Assembly (NCBI GenBank): GCA_045159875.1
Contig: CP067995.1
Coordinates: 2,688,001-2,752,000 of the forward strand
Length of the DNA: 64,000 nt
Direction: 5' to 3'
Source: a cyanobacterium endosymbiont of Rhopalodia gibba
GTDB lineage: Bacteria > Cyanobacteriota > Cyanobacteriia > Cyanobacteriales > Microcystaceae
The stretch's first letter is position 1. Each line of letters opens with the position of its first letter. Shown here one piece after another: positions 59,534 to 64,000 of the stretch. Made by a program: the position numbers and the translations under genes. Below the pieces are notes generated by a model. That model was not told the origin of the DNA, made no database searches, and was given only the letters and a program-made list of their open reading frames with translations.

Positions 59534-62500
59534 ATGCCAGTTCCCAATAAAAAACTAAACTCTATCCAAATTATCCAAAAACTACAAAGGGAAATTGCGA
59601 CCTTAAAAGCGGCCCAAATAGCTACCTTAAGAATTCAACAAGAATTGCGCGAAAGTGAACAACGATGGCAATTAGTATTGCAAGGGACAAATGAGGGAAT
59701 TTGGGACTGGAACCTTAAAACTGACGAGCTTTTCTTTTCTCATCGTTGGAAAGAAATGTTAGGGTATCAAAATGAAGATTTATCTAACCATCTTGATACC
59801 TGGAAAATGTTGCTGCATCCCCAAGATAGGGAAAGGGTAATGGATACAGTACAAGCTCATTTGGAGAGACAAACCAGCCATTATGCGGTTGAATTTCGAC
59901 TCAAATGTAAAGATGGAACTTATAAGTGGATTTTATCACGGGGACAAGCTCTTTGGGATCAACAAGGAAACCCGATTAGGATGATAGGAACCCACAGTGA
60001 TATTAGCGATCGTAAACAAGAGCAAATTCTATTAAGTTCTCTAATTGATTGCATTCCTGATTTTATCTTTTGTAAAGATCCCCAAGGGGTTTATCAGGTC
60101 TGTAATAACGCCTTTGAAACTTTTGTCGGACGTGAAAGAAAAGATATTATTGGAAAAACAGATTTTGATCTTTTTAGTCCCGAAGAAGCCATATTTTTTC
60201 GGGAACAGGATCGTGTTATGATTCAAAAAAAACAAGCCCATCGTAATGAAGAATGGATTACTTATCCTGATGGGAGTCGTCGTCTTCTCGACACATTGAA
60301 AACCCCCTTTTGCTGTCCTGATGGTAACTTAATGGGATCGATTGGGATTAGTAGAGATATCACTGATCGCCAACGACGAGAAGAAACCTTAAAAAAGCAA
60401 GCTCAACGTGATAGTTTACTTAGCAGTATTGCTCGACAATTAATTGATCAAGACTTCAATACTGCCGTTGAATTTACCCTAGCAGCTCTAGGAGAATTCA
60501 CCAACGGTGATCGCGGCTACATCATACGTCATTCTCCTCAACAATGCCTTTGGAATATGACCCATGAATGGTGTAACCAAAACATTCCCTCTACTAAAAC
60601 ACAGTCTCAAAATATCCCTTTACAAGACTTTCCCTGGTTTTCAGACCAACTCCTGAAAGGCCATCCTATTCGAGTCAACTCACCGGAAGATCTGCCCGTA
60701 CAGGCTATCAACGAAAGGGAAATGTTTAAAAACAGTCTTGGCCCTACCCTAGTTGTAGTTCCTATGGTGGCCACTGGTCAAACGTTAGGGTATCTAGGGT
60801 TTGACGGAAAAATTACCAAACATTGGACTCAAGAAGACGTAAATGTCTTAAAACTAGTAGGAGAATTCCTGGCTATTGCCCAAGCTAGAGCTCAAGCAGA
60901 AGAAGAACGAACTGAGTCTAAAGCTAGATTTGCTGGCATTTTAGATAATGCGAATGAGGCGATTATTTCTATTGATGAAAATCAGTGTATTACCTTGTTT
61001 AACCACGCTGCTGAAAAAACTTTTGGCTACCAAGCATCAGAAGTGTTGGGATGCCCCTTTGATCTACTTATTCCTCAAAGGTTTAGTAAAAGTCACCACC
61101 AACATATTAAGGATTTCAGTGTTGCCTCTGAAATTGCTCGACAAATGGGAGGTCGTAGCCCTGTTTTTGGTCGTCGTCAAGATGGGAACGAATTTTTAGC
61201 CGAAGTCTCAATTTCTAAAATTAAACTTAAGGGACGCAAAGTATTTACCGCCATAGTACGAGATATCACCCAGCGCAAACAAGCAGAAATAGCCCTAAAA
61301 AAAGCTAAAGAAGCTGCAGATGCCGCCAACCGTGCTAAAAGTGAATTTTTGGCTAGTATGAGTCATGAATTACGAACTCCCCTCAATGCTATTTTAGGGT
61401 TCACTCAGGTAATGCAACGTGATCGCACTTTAAGTCAAGAACAGCAGCAGAATTTGTCGATCATCTCACGCAGTGGCGAGCATTTATTAACGTTGCTCAA
61501 CGACATCCTAGAAATGTCCAAAATTGAAGCAGGCCGCACGAGTTTAAACCAGAATAGTTTTGACCTATATCGCTTGCTTTCTAACATAGAAGCTATGCTC
61601 AAGTTAAAAGCTGAAGCTAAGGGGTTGCAACTAATTTTTGAATATACCCCAGAAGTTCCCCAATACCTAACTACCGATGAAGGGAAATTACGGCAAGTTT
61701 TAATCAATTTATTAGGCAATGCCATTAAATTCACTGATGAAGGGGGTGTCACCCTGCGGGTGAAAGGGAATCGGGAATCAGAAGAAATTATGATTACCTT
61801 TGAGGTCGAAGATACTGGACTAGGTATTGCCCCCGAAGAGATAGGCCAACTATTCGCCGCTTTTGGACAGACAGAAACCGGACGTAATGCTCAAGAGGGA
61901 ACAGGATTAGGGCTGCCCATTAGTCAGAAGTTTGTGCAGTTAATGGGGGGCGATATTCAGGTTAATAGCGTGCTGGGCCAAGGCAGTTTATTTACTTTTA
62001 CCATTAAGGGACAGATAGCATTGGCTAGTGCTATTAAAACGAACAAACCTATTCGCAAAGTCATTGGATTAGCTCCTGGCCAACCCAAACACCGTATTCT
62101 AGCGGTGGATGATCGCCTAGAAAGTCGTATTCTATTAGTTAAATTGCTCTCATCGATGGGGTTTGAAGTTCGTCAGGCCAGCAACGGAAAAGAAGCCATT
62201 GATCTTTGGGAAAAGTGGGAACCCCATCTAGTGTTAATGGACATGAGAATGCCTATTATCGATGGCTACGAAGCTACCCAACACATCAAAACTACCACCA
62301 AAGGGCAAGCTACCGTAATTATCGCTTTAACTGCTAGTGCCTTTGAAGAGGAACGTAATGTTGTTTTATCAGCTGGATGTGATGACTTTATGCGAAAACC
62401 TTTTCGAGAAGAAGTTTTATGGGATAAAATCGCTCATCACCTTGGTATTTGCTATATTTACGAGTCTATAAGAGAAGAAGATAACCAAACAGGGGAAACA

Positions 62501-62755
62501 GATGTTAAAGCCCAAGAAGATAACTCCAATGATTTATTGCAACTATTATTTGTGATGTCTCCTGAATGGAGGAGTCAAGTTTACCAAGCTGCTATAGAAT
62601 GCAGCGATGATGCCATACTAAATTTAATTACTCAAATTACTCCAGAAAGTGAGCTTTTAGCTGTTACTCTGAAAAACTGGGCTAATAACTTTCTTTTTGA
62701 CCAGATTATTGAATTAACAAATAAGGCAATAGTTAATAATAATTTAGATGATTAG
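59534..62755 (+). CDS. Cytoplasmic hybrid sensor kinase (PAS-PAS-GAF-PAS-HisKA-HATPase-REC)
   Basis: GIWDWN PAS, FLASMSHELRTPLN, NAIKFT, GTGLGL, DMRMP and KP motifs; start could be 59462. Confidence 0.93.
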   Translation: MPVPNKKLNSIQIIQKLQREIATLKAAQIATLRIQQELRESEQRWQLVLQGTNEGIWDWNLKTDELFFSHRWKEMLGYQNEDLSNHLDTWKMLLHPQDRERVMDTVQAHLERQTSHYAVEFRLKCKDGTYKWILSRGQALWDQQGNPIRMIGTHSDISDRKQEQILLSSLIDCIPDFIFCKDPQGVYQVCNNAFETFVGRERKDIIGKTDFDLFSPEEAIFFREQDRVMIQKKQAHRNEEWITYPDGSRRLLDTLKTPFCCPDGNLMGSIGISRDITDRQRREETLKKQAQRDSLLSSIARQLIDQDFNTAVEFTLAALGEFTNGDRGYIIRHSPQQCLWNMTHEWCNQNIPSTKTQSQNIPLQDFPWFSDQLLKGHPIRVNSPEDLPVQAINEREMFKNSLGPTLVVVPMVATGQTLGYLGFDGKITKHWTQEDVNVLKLVGEFLAIAQARAQAEEERTESKARFAGILDNANEAIISIDENQCITLFNHAAEKTFGYQASEVLGCPFDLLIPQRFSKSHHQHIKDFSVASEIARQMGGRSPVFGRRQDGNEFLAEVSISKIKLKGRKVFTAIVRDITQRKQAEIALKKAKEAADAANRAKSEFLASMSHELRTPLNAILGFTQVMQRDRTLSQEQQQNLSIISRSGEHLLTLLNDILEMSKIEAGRTSLNQNSFDLYRLLSNIEAMLKLKAEAKGLQLIFEYTPEVPQYLTTDEGKLRQVLINLLGNAIKFTDEGGVTLRVKGNRESEEIMITFEVEDTGLGIAPEEIGQLFAAFGQTETGRNAQEGTGLGLPISQKFVQLMGGDIQVNSVLGQGSLFTFTIKGQIALASAIKTNKPIRKVIGLAPGQPKHRILAVDDRLESRILLVKLLSSMGFEVRQASNGKEAIDLWEKWEPHLVLMDMRMPIIDGYEATQHIKTTTKGQATVIIALTASAFEEERNVVLSAGCDDFMRKPFREEVLWDKIAHHLGICYIYESIREEDNQTGETDVKAQEDNSNDLLQLLFVMSPEWRSQVYQAAIECSDDAILNLITQITPESELLAVTLKNWANNFLFDQIIELTNKAIVNNNLDD

Positions 62756-62761
62756 CAGCTT

Positions 62762-63955
62762 ATGATCTTAGAAAAAGGCAATCTTCTTGTCGTTGATGAC
62801 ACTCTTGACAACCTGCGTTTACTCTCAGCTATGTTATCAGAACAGGGCTATAAAGTCCGTAAGGCTCTTAATGGACAGATGGCCTTAAAAACTGTATCTC
62901 AAGTTCCCCCTGATGTCATTTTGTTAGATATTAATATGACAGGAATCAATGGCTATGAAGTTTGTCAAACCCTAAAAGATAATCAAAATACCAAAGAGAT
63001 TCCTGTTATTTTCATTAGTGCACTTGACGATATATTAGATAAGGTAAAAGCTTTTGAAGTGGGAGGAGTAGACTATATTTGTAAGCCATTTCAAGAAGAG
63101 GAAGTTATTGCTAGAGTTGAAAATCAATTAACTATACAACGGCAAAAAAAGCAACTTCAACAAGAAATAAAAGAACGGAAAAAAACGGAACAAACCTTAC
63201 GGGTTTACCTTCATGCCGTATCTCACGACTTACGTAATCCTGTGTTAGGGATGGCCATGGTTTTAAAAAACCTCCTTAAAAAAGGAAGAAAAGAAAATAA
63301 ACCAACCATAGAAATGTCTAATGAAGTATTAGAACAGATAGTAGCTAGTTGTGATCGCCAACTTAATTTAATTAATTCTTTAGTAGAGACCCAACAATTT
63401 GAGATGGAGGGAGTTTATCTTAACTGTACCCCCTTGGATTTATTTTCATTAAGTCAGAAATTAGCTGCAGAATGGCAACCAATACTAAAAGAACATCAAG
63501 GTATATTAGATGTCCTAATTTCCCCTAAATTACCAGTAGTTAATGGAGATAGTGACCGCCTATGGCGGGTGTTTGACAATTTGTTAGCTAATGCCCTTAA
63601 ACATAATCCTCCAGGTTTAAAATTAACCATAAATGCTGAAGTTTTAACTACTCAAAAATTAGCTTTTTATACTAAAAAAGTTATCGAAAAATATTCTCAA
63701 GATAAACAAATGGTGATCTGTACCTTGGCTGATGATGGAGTAGGAATGAATTCAGAACAAGCAGAGAACTTATTTGAAAGATATCACCGAGGAGATGGAG
63801 CAAAAAAAACATTAGGGTTAGGTTTAGGACTCTACCTTTGTCGTCAAATTATTGAAGCCCATGGAGGAGAAATTGGGGTAATCACTAATCCAAATGCTGG
63901 GGCCAAGTTTTGGTTTACTTTGCCAGTTTTTGAAAGTAGAAAGGATACTAATTAA
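62762..63955 (+). CDS. Hybrid response regulator/histidine kinase (REC-HisKA-HATPase)
   Basis: VVDD...LLDI...KPF receiver; SHDLRNP, NALKH and GLGLGL motifs; 6 bp after the upstream kinase. Confidence 0.93.
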   Translation: MILEKGNLLVVDDTLDNLRLLSAMLSEQGYKVRKALNGQMALKTVSQVPPDVILLDINMTGINGYEVCQTLKDNQNTKEIPVIFISALDDILDKVKAFEVGGVDYICKPFQEEEVIARVENQLTIQRQKKQLQQEIKERKKTEQTLRVYLHAVSHDLRNPVLGMAMVLKNLLKKGRKENKPTIEMSNEVLEQIVASCDRQLNLINSLVETQQFEMEGVYLNCTPLDLFSLSQKLAAEWQPILKEHQGILDVLISPKLPVVNGDSDRLWRVFDNLLANALKHNPPGLKLTINAEVLTTQKLAFYTKKVIEKYSQDKQMVICTLADDGVGMNSEQAENLFERYHRGDGAKKTLGLGLGLYLCRQIIEAHGGEIGVITNPNAGAKFWFTLPVFESRKDTN

Positions 63956-64000
63956 TTTAGTTAAACTTTCCACTTTCAATTGTCCGAGCAACTGAGAAAA

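Overview
Chromosomal window from a unicellular cyanobacterium (proteins resemble Cyanothece/Crocosphaera/Rippkaea types) undergoing strong genome reduction. By my sum, intact CDS cover only about 52% of the window. The rest is AT-rich spacer and pseudogenes at various stages of decay: cpcA, cpcE, mutY N-terminus, aminopeptidase P, GST, sulfotransferase, TetR, beta-hydroxyacid dehydrogenase, MMADHC-like, and two IS630 relics. Decayed phycocyanin genes beside intact hpnJ, ndhQ, ado and housekeeping genes suggest a non-photosynthetic endosymbiont such as a rhopalodiacean diatom spheroid body (inference; no nif genes lie in this window). Intact genes include glyS, asnS, ispF, trpD, sigD, dxr, rpsN, aat, uvrA, ado, hpnJ, nrdA/nrdB, msrB, two hybrid kinases and tRNA-Tyr/tRNA-Thr. 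The most unusual signals are three. First, about 11 mutually unrelated, perfect inverted repeats with 15-38 bp arms, one inside a decayed gene, suggesting ongoing quasi-palindrome perfection. Second, a mutY whose glycosylase half is dead while its Nudix half survives as an intact ORF. Third, directional erosion of HIP1 sites at one cytosine. All calls come from manual reading and recalled family motifs; no searches were run.
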